NCBI GenBank assembly: GCA_030390025.1
Contig: CM059438.1
Location: forward strand, 62,560,001-62,624,000
DNA length: 64,000 nt
From: Squalus acanthias
Lineage: Eukaryota
Direction: 5' to 3'
The notes under the pieces are model-generated. The model was given only the letters and a program-made list of their open reading frames with translations. It was not told the origin of the DNA and did no database searches. Shown here one piece after another: positions 26,501 to 38,729 of the stretch. The translations under genes were made by a program, and so were the position numbers. Each line of letters starts with the position of its first letter. Position 1 is the stretch's first letter.

Positions 26501-29195
26501 CCGCGTTCTCTTCCCGCGATCTCTCCCCCCGCGATCTCTCACCCCGCGATCTCTCCCCGCGATCTCTCCCCGCGATCTCTCCCGCGATCTCTCCCCGCGA
26601 TCTCTCCCCCCGCGATCTCTCCCTGCGATCTCTCCCCTGCGATCTCTCTCCCCGCGATCTCTCCCTATGCGATCTCTCCCCGCGATCTCTCCCCGCGATC
26701 TCTTCCCCTGTGATCTCTCCCCCCGCGATCTCTCTTCCCCGCGATCTCTCCCCACGCGATCTCTCCCACCGCGATCTCTCCCCGCGATCTCTCACCGCGA
26801 TCTCTCCCCACGATCTCTCCCCGCCGATTTCTCTCCCCGCTGATCTCTCCCCGCGATCTCTCCCCCACGATCTCTCCCCGCGATCTCTCCCCGCGATCTC
26901 TCCCCGCGATCTCTCCCGCGATCTCCCCGATCTCTCCCCCCGCGATCCTCTCCCCCGATCTCTCCCCCGCGATCTCTCCCCCGATCTCTCCCCCGATCTC
27001 TCCCCGCGATCTCTCACCCCGCGATCTCTCCCCCTCGATCTCCCCCCGCGATCTCCCCCCGATCTCTCCCCGATCGCTCCCCCGATCTCTCCCCCTGATC
27101 TCTCCCCGCGATCTCTCCCCGCGATCTCTCCCCGCGATCTCTCCCCAGATCTCTCTCCCCGCGATCTCTCCCCCGCGATCTCTCCCCCGCGATCTCTCCC
27201 CCTCGATCTCTCCCCTGGTCTCTCCCCGCGATCTCTCCCCCGCATCTCTCCCCGCGATCTCTCCCCCGCGATCTCTCCCCCCGATCTCTCCCCCGATCTC
27301 TCCCCGCGATCTCTCCCCTGCGATCTCTCGCCCCACGATCTCTCTCCCCCCGATCTCCCCCCGCGACCTCACCCCGCGATCTCTCCCCCGCGATCTCTCC
27401 CCGCGCGATCTCTCCCCCGCGATCTCTCCCCACGATCTCTCCCCCCGTGATCTCTCCCCTCGCGATCTCTCCCCGCGATCTCTCCCCGCGATCTCTCCCC
27501 TGCGTTCTCTTCCCCGCGATCTCTCCCCGCGATCTCTCCCCGCGATCTCTCCCCCGCGTTCTCTTCCCCGCGATCTCTCCCCCGCGATCTCTCCCCCCGC
27601 GATCTCTCCCCGCGATCTCTCCCCGCGATCTCTCCCCGCGATCTCTCCCCGCGATCTCTCCCCCCGCGATCTCTCCCCTGCGATCTCTCCCCTGCGATCT
27701 CTCTCCCCGCGATCTCTCCCTACGCGATCTCTCCCCGCGATCTCTCCCCGCGATCTCTCCCCTGTGATCTCTCCCCCCGCGATCTCTCTCCCCGCGATCT
27801 CTCCCCACGCGATCTCTCCCACCGCGATCTCTCCCCGCGATCTCTCACCGCGATCTCTCCCCACGATCTCTCCCCGCGATCTCTCTCCCCGCGATCTCTC
27901 CCTACGCGATCTCTCCCCGCGATCTCTCCCCGTGATCTCTCCCCTGCGATCTCTTCCCCTGTGATCTCTCCCCCCACGATCTCTCTCCCCGCGATCGCAC
28001 CCCCCCTGATCTCTCCCCTCGCGATCTCTCTCCCCGCGATCTCACCCCCCCTGATCTCTCTCCCCGCGATCTCTCTCCCCCGATCTCTCCCCGCGATCTC
28101 TCCCCCCGCGATCTCTCCCCGCGATCTCTCCCCCGATCTCTCCCCTTGATCTCTCCCCGCCGATCTCTCCCCGCGATCTCTCCCCCCGCAATCTCTCCCC
28201 CCGCGATCTCTCCCCCGCGATCTCTCCCCCCCCGATCTCTCCCCCCGATCACTGCCACCCGATTAGTCCCCGCGATCTCTCCCCCCGCAATCTCTCCCCC
28301 CGATCTCTCCCCCCGCGATCTCTCCCCCCGCGATCTCTCCCCTGATCTCCCCCCCGATCTCTCCCCCCACGATCTCTCCCCCCCGATCTCTCCCCCCGCG
28401 ATCTCTCCCCCCGCGATCTCTCCCCGCGATCTCTCCCCGCGATCTCTCCCCCCCGATCTCTCCCCCCGCGATCTCTCCCCCGCGATCTCTCCCCGCGATC
28501 TCTCCCCGCGATCTCTCCCCCCGCGATCTCTCCCCCCCGCGATCTCTCCCCGCGATCTCTCTGCCCGCGATCTCGCCCCCGTGATCTCTCCCCGCGATCT
28601 CTCCCCACCGATCTCTCCCCGTGATCCCTCCCCCTGTGATCTCTCCCCCGATTTCTCTCCCCCCGATCTCTCCCCCGCGATCTCTCCCCCCGATCTCTCT
28701 CCCCCGATCTCTCCCCCCGCAATCTCTCCCCGTGATCTCTCCCCGCAATCTCTCCCCCCCGATCTCTCCCCGTGATCCCTCCCCCGCGATCTCTCCCCGC
28801 GATCTCTCCCCCTGTGATCTCTGCCCCCCGATCTCTCCCCCCGATCTCTCCCCCCGCGATCTCTCCCCCCGATCTCTCCCCCGCGATCTCTCCCCCTGTG
28901 ATCTCTGCCCCCCGATCTCACCCCCCGATCTCTCCCCCCGCGATCTCTCCCTCAGTGATCTCTGCCCCCCGATCTCTCCCCCGCGATCTCTCCCCGCGAT
29001 CTCTCCCCCGCGATCTCTCCCCCGCGATCTCTCCCCGCGATCTCTCCCCCGCGATCTCTCTCCCCGATCTCCCCCCGCGATCTCCCCCCCCCGATCTCTC
29101 CACCCCCGATCTCTCCCCGCGATCTCTCCCCCCCGATCTCTCCCCTCCATCTCTCCCCGCGATCTCTCCCCCTCCAATCTCTCCCTCCCTCATCT
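14530..29195. repeat. ~14.7-kb C-rich satellite/minisatellite, core (G)CGATCTCTCCCC(C)n, about 11-16-bp monomers
   Basis: Directly visible tandem array with extreme C/G strand skew and a GATC in most monomers. Confidence 0.98.
21294..21378. other. Assembly gap (85 N) inside the satellite
   Basis: Run of N; true array length is unknown. Confidence 1.
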
Positions 29196-29509
29196 CCATT
29201 CCCCCGCTTTGGCCTTGAACATCAGGCTTTCCCGCATGCCAGTCAGCCTCTCCCGCTCCCTCCCTGCCTCCCCGTAAATATCAGGGCCTATGTCTCTAGA
29301 GAGGATGGGAGAAAAGGGACAAGAATTGATGAAATGCTTAGTGAACAATTGATAACACAAATACCACAGATTGGAAACGGAAAATTGGAACCACAGGGAT
29401 CGAAGGCTATAAGTGGAGATTCTCCACCCAAATCAACGTGCTGAACAAAAACTGCACAGTGACGTTTCATGATACTGTTTCAATCTCAGTTTTGACATTT
29501 TTAATTGAC

Positions 29510-29880
29510 CTAGCCTCAATGCAATACTGAGGGACTGCTGCACTGTCCGAGGTGCCGTCTTTCAGATGAGACGTTAAACCGAGGCCCCGTCTGCCCTCTC
29601 AAATGGGCGTAAAAGATCCCATGCCATTATTTCGAAGAAGAGCAGGGGGGTTCTCCCCGGTGTCCTGGCCAATATTTATCCCTCAACTGACATCAATAAA
29701 ACCAGATGATCTGGTCATTATCACATTGCTGTTTATGGGAGCTTGCTGTGCGCATATTGGTGGTGCATTTCCTACATTACAACAGAGTGACTACACTTCA
29801 AAAGTATTTCATTGGCTGTAAAGCGCTTTGGGACATCCTGCATTCGTGAAAGGAGCTATATAAATGCAAGTCTTTCTTTT
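29510..29880 (+). mobile_element. Deu-domain SINE (SacSINE1-like), 5'-truncated
   Basis: GAGGTGCCGTCTTTCAGATGAGACGTTAAACCGAGGCCCCGTCTGC core and CTATATAAATGCAAGTCTTTCTTT tail. Confidence 0.8.
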
Positions 29881-30414
29881 AAGTTTTTTTTCAGCCTTAG
29901 GCCTTAGGATCTAGACCTTAGGGACCCACAGGTGTGTGCAAGGCCATGGGTGGGGCTTTAACCCCACATAAACCACACAGCTTACCAGAGCAGAGCACCA
30001 GCTAGGGCGCTGGCCTTCACCAAGAAAATAGGCCCAGAGGTCGTAACTAGAAACGAGTGAAAAGTAAACTTAGAGCAGATACCAGGGCAAAAAATGTATT
30101 CAAAGAGTGAGAAATGTTTGTAATAAAAAACATTGGGGCGATTCAACATACAGCAAGATGCCCTGATACAAGAGGTGTTTCAGTGGAGGGATGGGCCTTC
30201 TTTGATATCTGACTTTCCCTTTGTTGTCTGTCCCCACCATCATCACCTTTTTCATGAACTAATTGGAATCTCCACCCTTCACTTCACCGCAAGGTTGCTA
30301 ACTCTGGTTGGACGTATTCCTCGAGGTTTTATTTTCAAATGACCTCCCCCACTCCAACCGCCCCGCACAGTCAAACAGCCATTTTTCCAATATTTCTATA
30401 ATTAACAAAAAAAA

Positions 30415-30820
30415 AGACTTGCATTTATATAGCGCCTTTCACCACCTCAGGACGTCCCAAGGCGCTTTACAGACAATGAAGTACTTTTGAAGTGTAGTCA
30501 CTGTTGTAATGTAGGAAACAGGGCAACCAATTTCTGCACAGCAAGCTCCCACAAACAGCAATGTGATAATGACCAGATAATCTGATTTAGTGATGTTGAT
30601 TGAAGGATAAATATTGGCCAGGGCACCGGGGAGAACTCTTCTCCTCTTCGCAATGGTGCCTTGGGATCTGTTACCTCCACCCGAGACAGCTTGGTTTATT
30701 GTCTTATCCGAAAGACAGCACTCCCTCAGTACAGCACTGAAGTCTCAGCCTAGATTATGGGACTTGAACCCACAACTTTCTGATCCAGAGGTGAGAGTGC
30801 TGCCCACTGAGCCACAGCTG
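30415..30820 (-). mobile_element. Deu-domain SINE
   Basis: Reverse copy including tRNA-like head (GACTTGAACCCAC B-box complement) and tail. Confidence 0.75.
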
Positions 30821-32479
30821 AATCAACAAAAGTGTTCAAAGAAAATTATGTTTTGTTTTTAATGTCCCTATGATTTTTCCCCTGGGTTTTTCTCACAGCA
30901 ATGTCCAGGAGATTAATCTTCAAGTCCTGGAGTCTTCAGGGTAATGCTTGGCGGGTTGGCAACCCTGCTTCACTGGGTATCTGGAGGGTGTTTGCACCAT
31001 TTTGTCAGCTTCCAACCGCAACCAACCACAAAGACAAACAGTTAAGTTGCCAATTTTTTGCACCCCCAACAGAGGCAGTCATACCAAGAGAGGGGCACAG
31101 CCGTCAGCGAAAAGCTTGAAATTGCAAAACAGTGATTCAGAAAACAAGTCTGCAACACAAATGAATCAACTGGCTGGCGAATCAGTTTAAGTTTCATGTG
31201 CACTTTTCAAATGCACCATTAAAACAAATGATATCAGATGTATTGAAAGAACGGGTGCACTTTATTAAAATAGTTTGATGTTGTGGATGAAACTTTTCTC
31301 CGTCTATTATGTGTAACGGAATCAGGAAGCCGTACTTTATAAACAGTTTGCAGAACACAGAAGGCGCAGCGGACATTTCCACGTAGAAGCATAGAAATGA
31401 CTAGCTGCTGAGCATTGAGCGCGCTTGTATCATATTCGTGGATCCAGTGTTATCAAGCAGGTGTTCAACAGGGTAGGTCTTGTCTTTGTGCCATGGTGTG
31501 AAACGGGTGATAGCGAGTTGGCAGCTTGTTTTACATGGACTTCAATAGAAGTAAAAATGGAGATAGTGTAAATCGGACTGTTTCACACTATCGTACACAG
31601 ACAAGATCTATCCCAATATCTCTGCTAAAGTAGTGGATCGAAGAATATGACGCTAACAGCGGGTCTTGTCATCGACAGCACTTCTAGGCTGTACTTTTTT
31701 TTCATGTGACCTTAACATACTGCCATTCTGAAGAAAAATGACAGAATCTGTTTCAGTTACCAACCATGAGGGGACTTTGGGTTTGGTTAAACTGGTAGAG
31801 AGCACTGGGTCGTTGAACTGGTATTTTTGCAAGTGTGTCATTGGGTGTGAAGCCACACTGTTTTTTCAATCTCACATCGAAAGGAGAAGAAAGGTTATTT
31901 GGCGTAAATGTCTTCATTCCGAGAAGTCACTTCGCTTGCTCTCGTGCTGCTTTCTCAACATGCTTGTATTTTGAAACCACAAGACGAAAAGGTTTTTTGT
32001 CTCTACTTTTGCTCAATGCCTTCACATGGGCTGTAGATCCGAGGTCCTGTCCCCCTGTCCAGGGAGATACGCCTCCCTCAACAAACACCGCCAAAAAATA
32101 AAGCTAGATTCATTGGTCATTCACCTCATTAACTGTTTGAGGACTCTTGCGGAACACAAAATGGCTGTGGCATTTGCCCTGCATGACAGTGACTGCACTT
32201 CAATGTAGATGAGGCCCTCCGAGACGTATCTGAGCGATGTGATAAAACACTGTATAAATGCAAACCTTTCTTTTTAGTTTGTGCTGTTTTTACGTACTGG
32301 TGTTTTACTGAATTTACTCAGCTTTCCCTCTGCACACCAACATGAGTAATTTCTTTATTATGAATAAACACTCATTTTTTTTTTGCTTTTACGTTTAGCA
32401 ATTAGAAGTTAGGTCTTTATTGGACCATTCAATGGAGGGATTTCTTTCAATGGTCAAAAGCCTTTAACGAGAGATAGAC

Positions 32480-32760
32480 TTATAGAACCATAGAATTGTA
32501 CAGCAGAGAAGGAGGCCATTTGGCCCACTGAGTCTGCATCGGCTCTTTCGAAGAGCAATCCAGTTAGTCCCACTCCCCCGCACTTTCCCCATATCCCTGC
32601 AATTTTTTACTCCTTTTGAAGGCTATTATTGAATCTGTTTCCACCACCCTATCATCATTCCAAATCCTAACCACTTGTTGGGTAAAAAAAAGTTTTTCCT
32701 CATGTCGCCTCTGGTTCTTTTGCCACTCATCTTAAATCTGTGCCGTCTCGTTATTGTCAC
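32480..32760 (-). mobile_element. CR1 LINE 3' fragment
   Basis: Same 3' UTR as 1385-1650, 39225-39470 and 46830-47315. Confidence 0.75.
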
Positions 32761-33859
32761 CTAGTTGTAACGAGCCAATATGACCAGAAGGTCCAAGGTT
32801 CAATTCCCAGCTCTGGGCTGAGGCAGGGCATCAGGTGCGTTATTACAAATGACCTTCCATGCCCCTGGTCTGAGGGAGTCGGGAAAAGATGCAGCAGGAT
32901 CTTGCAAGAGTAGATGCACGTTAGCATAGACATTGGGACAGGGAGCAGAAACAGGTACGTGAAGGAGTGTCCAACAGCAAACAGAAAAGAGAAAAGGGAT
33001 TTGGTAATGATTACTGATCGATCACTGACGTTTCTGTTCAGTATAAAGCTGTTATCAACAAAGCTAATCAAATATTGGAAAGTATCTCAGACACATTGAC
33101 CACCAACTAAGTTGCTCTAATCTTGGTGAAGTCATATTAGGAATATTATAGAAAATGTTGGGCTACTTATTGATGTTTTGGAGACATTTTAGAAGGATGA
33201 GAAAGATAGTCTTGGGACTTAAGACTCTAAGTAATGAGGGGAGACTTGCAGAGCTGAACTTGATGGCCTCCTTCTGTGCAGTAAGATTCTATGAAACTTG
33301 TCTGGTACTCTCAGTGCTCGTGGGCCTGTCCACACTCGTGATGAGGCAACCCGACCCCGCTGGATTCCATAGGCTGAAGTCATTTAAATATTCTGCATAC
33401 ATTCTCTTACGCAGCTGACGCCTTGGGGTAGGAAGGGAGGCCCACAACATTGGAGCTTGCTGCCCTTAAAGAGCCGCTGCTCCGAATGAAAGGGATGCAG
33501 CCGTTCCATGGTGGACTGCAGTGTTGCGAACTGCCCATTCAAGGTTCCGTTTATATGGTGAGCGGACCCTTCCACCCGAACCCACGGCCCAGCACCCATG
33601 GCCCGTGGCCTCGATGCTCATACGTACTAACATGCGAATATGACGGGCAGGAAAAGACCAGCTGGTCCATCAAAGCCTGCCCCACACTCATGATGACTGG
33701 ACACTTCCTAACCCACCTCGGGTATGTGATCTTCTGGGAGAAGCAAAAAAAAAAACTCCAGAAAAAAAGCCAAGGCCAATCAGAAATCTGTAAAAGTCCT
33801 CTCTGACCCCCTCGGGTGATGGAAAGCAGTCCAGGAGATCACATTGACCACGCGTACAT

Positions 33860-34390
33860 TAACTGTTAACCCACATACCTTCTATATGACGCGATCTGTG
33901 CTCCAGCCAAGAATCGGTCCATCCTCCTCTTGAAGATGTGCAGAGAGTCAGCACACACTGCACCAGCCGGCAATGTATTCCAGAGGCTCACTATTCTCTG
34001 GGAACAGATGAACCGTAGTTCAAATGCATGTCTCCTGGTGCACCCTAATCTGTCAAACTGGAATAATCTAACAATAGGTAAGCAATCCGGCCTTCTCATT
34101 ATTTTATAAATCTATCAGGTCTTCTCTAAGTGTAGGCTGCTCTACAGTAAGTAGATCCAGCTCTTTCAGCCTATCTGAGTAACTAAGGTTAATTAAGCTA
34201 GGAATCATTCTTGTCACTCTCCTCTGAACCTTATCTAAGGCCACTATATCACCCACCATGTGAGGGCAAAACTGAGTGCAGTACTCTAGATGTGGTCTAA
34301 CTAAGGATCCGTATAAGGACAGAATGGTGTCCCTTGACTTGTATTAATAGGTCTATTAATGCAACCCAATAAACTGTTTGCTTCATAAAG
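33860..34390 (-). mobile_element. Older CR1 LINE fragment
   Basis: SQRIVSLWNTLP...SLHIFKRRMDRF and LVRPHLEYC-like motif at about 34275-34305. Confidence 0.65.
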
Positions 34391-35524
34391 CATCCTGCTG
34401 CTAAATACAGGCCCCCTGAGGTTCAGATCCTCAGGCTTATCAGCCCAGGTGAAACACAAGCTGACCCTCAGGAAACCAATACTCCTCCTCTGCTATCACA
34501 CTAGCTTCTGGTCGCCTGCGCTCTGTCTCTTGCTCAGTACACTCCTGTCTAATTGACTCTCTAAATCTCCAGGGATGGATATATCTGAGCTGGTGGTTGC
34601 AAGGGATAGAGCGTTTGGCATTGTGTATTAGGAAGTCTTGGTGTAGCTGGGCGTAATGGGCTCGGATTTCACTGAAGCACCTGGAGCCACAGAAGCGGAA
34701 TGGAGGCCACACTGGTATCCTCATGAACAGCCTTCAGGTGAAAAAGATTGACATGGTAAAGTGCTTCAGTATATGTTTGGTCAGCATTGACTGAATAACA
34801 GAATAGGGTGAAGAGGAAAAACAGAAGCTGACCTTGAATGCCTTGAAGTCAGACAGCAGCACCTGATTTTCCCATTCTGCAACAAGTGTGCTCCCAATCG
34901 CAGATGTTTGCAATACCAGGTGCTCTCCCTCATTATGCTAATGAGAATGACTGTGCAATTATTACGCAGACTGCAGAGCACTGAAGGTCAGGCGGATGCT
35001 CCCCCTGCTTTGCCCGACTTGTGCTCACACTAATGCCGATGGACGATCTGGGTTGCTGTCTCCGATGGTTAACTTGAATTCGCTCTTCTCTTTTTGGAAT
35101 TGGATATATGCTTGAAAAGGAAACATTTGCAGGGCTATGGGGAAAGAGCCGGAGAGTGGGACTAACTGGATCGCTCTTTCAAAGAGCCGGCACAGGCAGG
35201 ATGGGCCGAATGGCCTCCTTCTGTGCTGTATGAGTCTATGATTCTTAATGTGTCACATGCTGAGACCGTGGCCCCGATTTTAAAAGTGGGGGAATGGGAA
35301 CAGTGCACGCGAGCCCCAAAGCACCTGGATAGTCCGGGTACAGAGACGCCCTGCTGATCTTACCGGCTGGGCCTCATTAATATACAAGATTCCAGAGTCC
35401 TGCCGACACCCGGCCAGATCCTCTACCCGGCTGGCGGGTGGGAGCGGGAATTTAGCGGCAGGAGATTGCAGCCAGGGACCCGTGGGAACAGTTCCCGGCT
35501 GTCAGTGGGAGCAGAGGCTGGAGA

Positions 35525-36165
35525 CAATCGGGAGGAGGGAGCAGATGGGATCGGGGATCGAGAGGAGGGAGCAGATGGGATCGGGCATCGGGAGGGAGCA
35601 GATGGGATCGGGGATCGGGAGGGAGCAGATGGGATCAGGGATCGGGGGGAGGGAGCAGATGGGATCGGGCATCGGGAGTGAGCAGATGGGATCAGGGATC
35701 GGGGGGAGGGAGCAGATGGGATCAGGGATCGGGAGGAGGGAGCAGATGGGATCAGGGATCGGGGGGAGGGAGCAGATGGGATCGGGGATCGGGAGGAGGG
35801 AGCAGATGGGATCGGGGATCGGGAGGGAGTAGATGAGATCGGGGATCGGGAGGAGGGAACAGATGGGATCGGGGATCGGGAGGGAGTAGATGGGATCGGG
35901 GATCGGGAGGAGGGAGCAGATGGGATCGGGGATCGGGAGGGAGCAGATGGGATCGGGGATCGGGAGGAGGGAGCAGATGGGATCGGGGATCGGGAGGGAG
36001 CAGATGGGATCAGGGGATTGGGGGGAGGGAGCAGATGGGATCGGGGATCGGGAGGAGGGAGCAGATGGGATCAAGGAATGGGGGGAGGGGGGAGATGGGA
36101 TCAAGGGATTGGCGGGAGGGAGCAGATGGGATCAGGGGATTGGGGGGAGGGAGCAGATGGGATCG
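35525..36165. repeat. Minisatellite, about 27-30-bp unit GGGATCGGGGATCGGGAG(GAG)GGAGCAGAT
   Basis: Directly visible tandem copies. Confidence 0.95.
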
Positions 36166-36486
36166 GTGAGGGAGGGGCGGGGGTTCCACGGCAATTGGGG
36201 GGAGGACAGGGCTGGGGAGGCCCTAGGACCTCTGAGGGGTCAGGGGGAGCACTCCTGCTCCTCCTGGCCCACAAGGAGTTCCGACAGAAGTATGTTTTTA
36301 AACTTACCTTGGCCTGTCGGCACCTCTTGTTGTGGTTCTGCTGCAGGGGCTGCTGACAGTGCGGGACTCCCCCTGACCTTCAGTTACGATCACATCGCAG
36401 CGCCAATGATGTCATCGGGCCACGACTTTCAAATGTTAAGTAGGCCCTCCGCTTGCTTGTAGTGGGAGCCTCGGCCGACTTAACAA

Positions 36487-36895
36487 CGACTTAGTCGTCG
36501 TTGGCTTGTTCTCTCTACACAGATGCGGCTGGACCTGCTGTGATTTCCAGCAAAATAAGTTTTTTGTTTTCCATACAGACCCCAGCATCTGCCACATTGT
36601 CTTTGATGTAATGTTTTCCTGACTGACCTGTTTGGACACCATCCACACCTTTGATTGCCGTGATTAACTCTCTGCCGAGGTGTGATAAAGGGCAGTTGGA
36701 AAGATTAACTGTAATCATCTGGCAGTGTTCTCTGACTATATATGCTGTGCCTATATGCATCTCTTCACTTACCTGACGAAGGAGCAGCCGCTCCGAAAGC
36801 TTGTGATTTCAAATAAAGCTGTTGGACTATAACCTGGTGTTGTGCAACTTCTCACATTTGTCCACCCCAGTCCAACACCGGCATCTCCACATCAT
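36487..36895 (+). mobile_element. Non-coding Penelope-derived element (family A) with one hammerhead core
   Basis: TSD GACTTAACAA at 36477-36486 and 36896-36905; TATATA, CTGACGA...GAAAGCTT (36773-36802), AATAAA, then a 3' tail ending CTCCACATCA. Confidence 0.8.
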
Positions 36896-38371
36896 GACTT
36901 AACAATAGGCAAAGATAAGATGGCGCCGGGCAGGAACGGAGCAACCTCAGGTTGGTAAGTTGACTCGACCTAGTTTTAACCCCTCTCAATCACCATTCTC
37001 GCTGGGTGTGTGGGGGGGGGGGGGGGTTAAAATCCCGTGTGTGCTGCTGCACGAGTGTAATCCCAGTTATGGTTGATTAGTGCGAAGTGACCACATGACG
37101 GGGTCCTGTTGGTTTGGTCAGTTGGGAAGTGCTTCATCTGCAAGTAGGCTTTGTTGCGGTGGAACGGGCTGCTCTAGAAGTGACAGCTTCCATGTCTCTG
37201 GAGGGGTGATCCCATGATCCAGGCGGTCCCAGAGCGCAGCGGCGTCGCGGGAAGTACAGCTCAGGGAATTCATGGATGGAAAATCATGGGCAGTGTATCC
37301 AAGATTTCCCGAGAAGCACTTCTTGCAAATGCTGGAGCACAGCATCGCACTGCAAGCCTGCAATCAATAGACAACTTGCAACAGGAGACTACTACTGCTC
37401 GCACTTCTTGTGCTAATGTGTGTTGTATTTGTCAATGTTAGGAACAGCTCCTCACCAGGGATTGGTTGGTGTCAATGCTGTACTTACACTTCAAGCAGCA
37501 GTTGTTCATTTCAATTTTTTTTAAGTAAGTTATGTTTTGTGAATTTTGTAGTTTCTAAAGCAAGAGATATAAACGCCAGTGGACTGCAGCAATTTCAAAT
37601 TCAGGCAGCCAGTGTCAGCAGTCCCAGGGGTCAGGTGCAGCACAGTTAGAGTCGAGCTTCCTCTACTCTTCCCCAACAACGTGCTTCAGCACCAACCTTG
37701 GAGGAGCGTCTCCTGCAGCACCAGTGCGACACTCCATCGCAGGACAGGAGGAGGTCCAAATCTGCCACCCCCCTGCAGTTGAATAACCGACATTCATGGT
37801 CTATGCTCACACATGAACAGTGGCCACTTGTGTGGGGTGCATGAGAGTGCCCAGTGCCCGTGGAACGATATCCCCCCCCCCCCAGCAACGAGTGAGTGCT
37901 TCAAGAGAGGAGGGGAATGAGGGTGAGAAAGAGTTAATGCCAATAAAGGAAAATGGAATCGTCCAGTTGAATGCTCACTTAGTTAACAGCAAAAAATCAT
38001 AACACAATAAAACTCTACCAGTCATATCATTTGTATATTTAGTTATATATATAAATATTGATATATATTTATTTGTTTTATTGAATACAACTTTGATATT
38101 AAACAAGACAATGTATATTTAGTACTGAGTAAAACAATTGCACTGCAATCGCAGGCCAAAACATTCCGAGGACGTTGGTGGAGAGGGATCTCCCCCGCAC
38201 GCTTCAGGAAATGGTGGCCGCGCGGCCATTGATTCCGATACACGCGGGCGGCAGGTCAGATTCATCGCTGTTAACGCAAACTCAGAAACCTCCCCCCATG
38301 AGCACACCCTGAAAAACAAGCAACAATGGTATTGGATTCTGAATTTCTTCCCCCAGTTTTCTTGCTAGGAA

Positions 38372-38685
38372 ATGGGTGCTGGGCCGTGGGTGCTGGGGAT
38401 GGGTGATGGGCCGTGGGTGCTGGGGATGGGTGATGGGGATGGGTGCTGGGCCGTGGGTGCTGGGCCATGGGTGCTGGGCCGTGGGTGCTGGGGATGGGTG
38501 ATGGGCCATGGGTGCTGGGCCATGGGTGCTGGGCCATGGTTGCTGGGCAATGGGTGCTGGGGATGGGTGATGGGCCATGGGTGATGGGGATGGGTGCTGG
38601 GCAATGGGTGCTGGGCCGTGGGTGCTGGGCCATGGGTGCTGGGCCGTGGGTGCTGGGCCGTGGGTGCTGGGCTGTGGGTGCTGGA
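38372..38685. repeat. G-rich minisatellite, about 14-bp unit GGGTGCTGGGCC(G/A)T
   Basis: Directly visible tandem copies. Confidence 0.95.
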
Positions 38686-38729
38686 TGCCTGTTGGTACAT
38701 GAATGATACTGGGGCTAAAAGTGTTAAAT

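Larger units (their letters stand above)
14143..29288. mobile_element. Harbinger-like MITE containing the expanded satellite
   Basis: Left end TAT|GGGGGAATTTTAAC, right end GTAAATATCAGGGCC|TAT (imperfect TIRs, candidate 3-bp TSD TAT); internal motif shared with the 35.3-37.0-kb element. Confidence 0.55.
35270..37037. mobile_element. Harbinger-like MITE carrying an internal tandem array and a nested ribozyme element
   Basis: Ends GGCCCCGATTTTAAA and GTTAAAATCCCG; carries the reverse complement of the AGGTAAGT...CTTGTGGGCCAGGAGGAGCAGGAGT motif seen at 14.4 kb. Confidence 0.55.

Noticed and set aside
14307..29277. Dozens of long ORFs (up to 853 aa) rich in ISP/RSL/DLS or GEI/ERS/RDR
   Set aside because: Overlapping in all six frames; they reflect the scarcity of stop codons in the satellite, not extensin-, mucin- or SR-like genes.
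14530..36165. Tandem arrays as CRISPR arrays
   Set aside because: Eukaryotic context, no unique spacers and no cas genes.
35466..36462. Repetitive ORFs (IPDPICSL, REQMGSGIG)
   Set aside because: Translations of a minisatellite, open in several frames.
38271..38706. Repetitive ORFs (PSTHGPAP, GPWVLG)
   Set aside because: Translations of a G-rich minisatellite.
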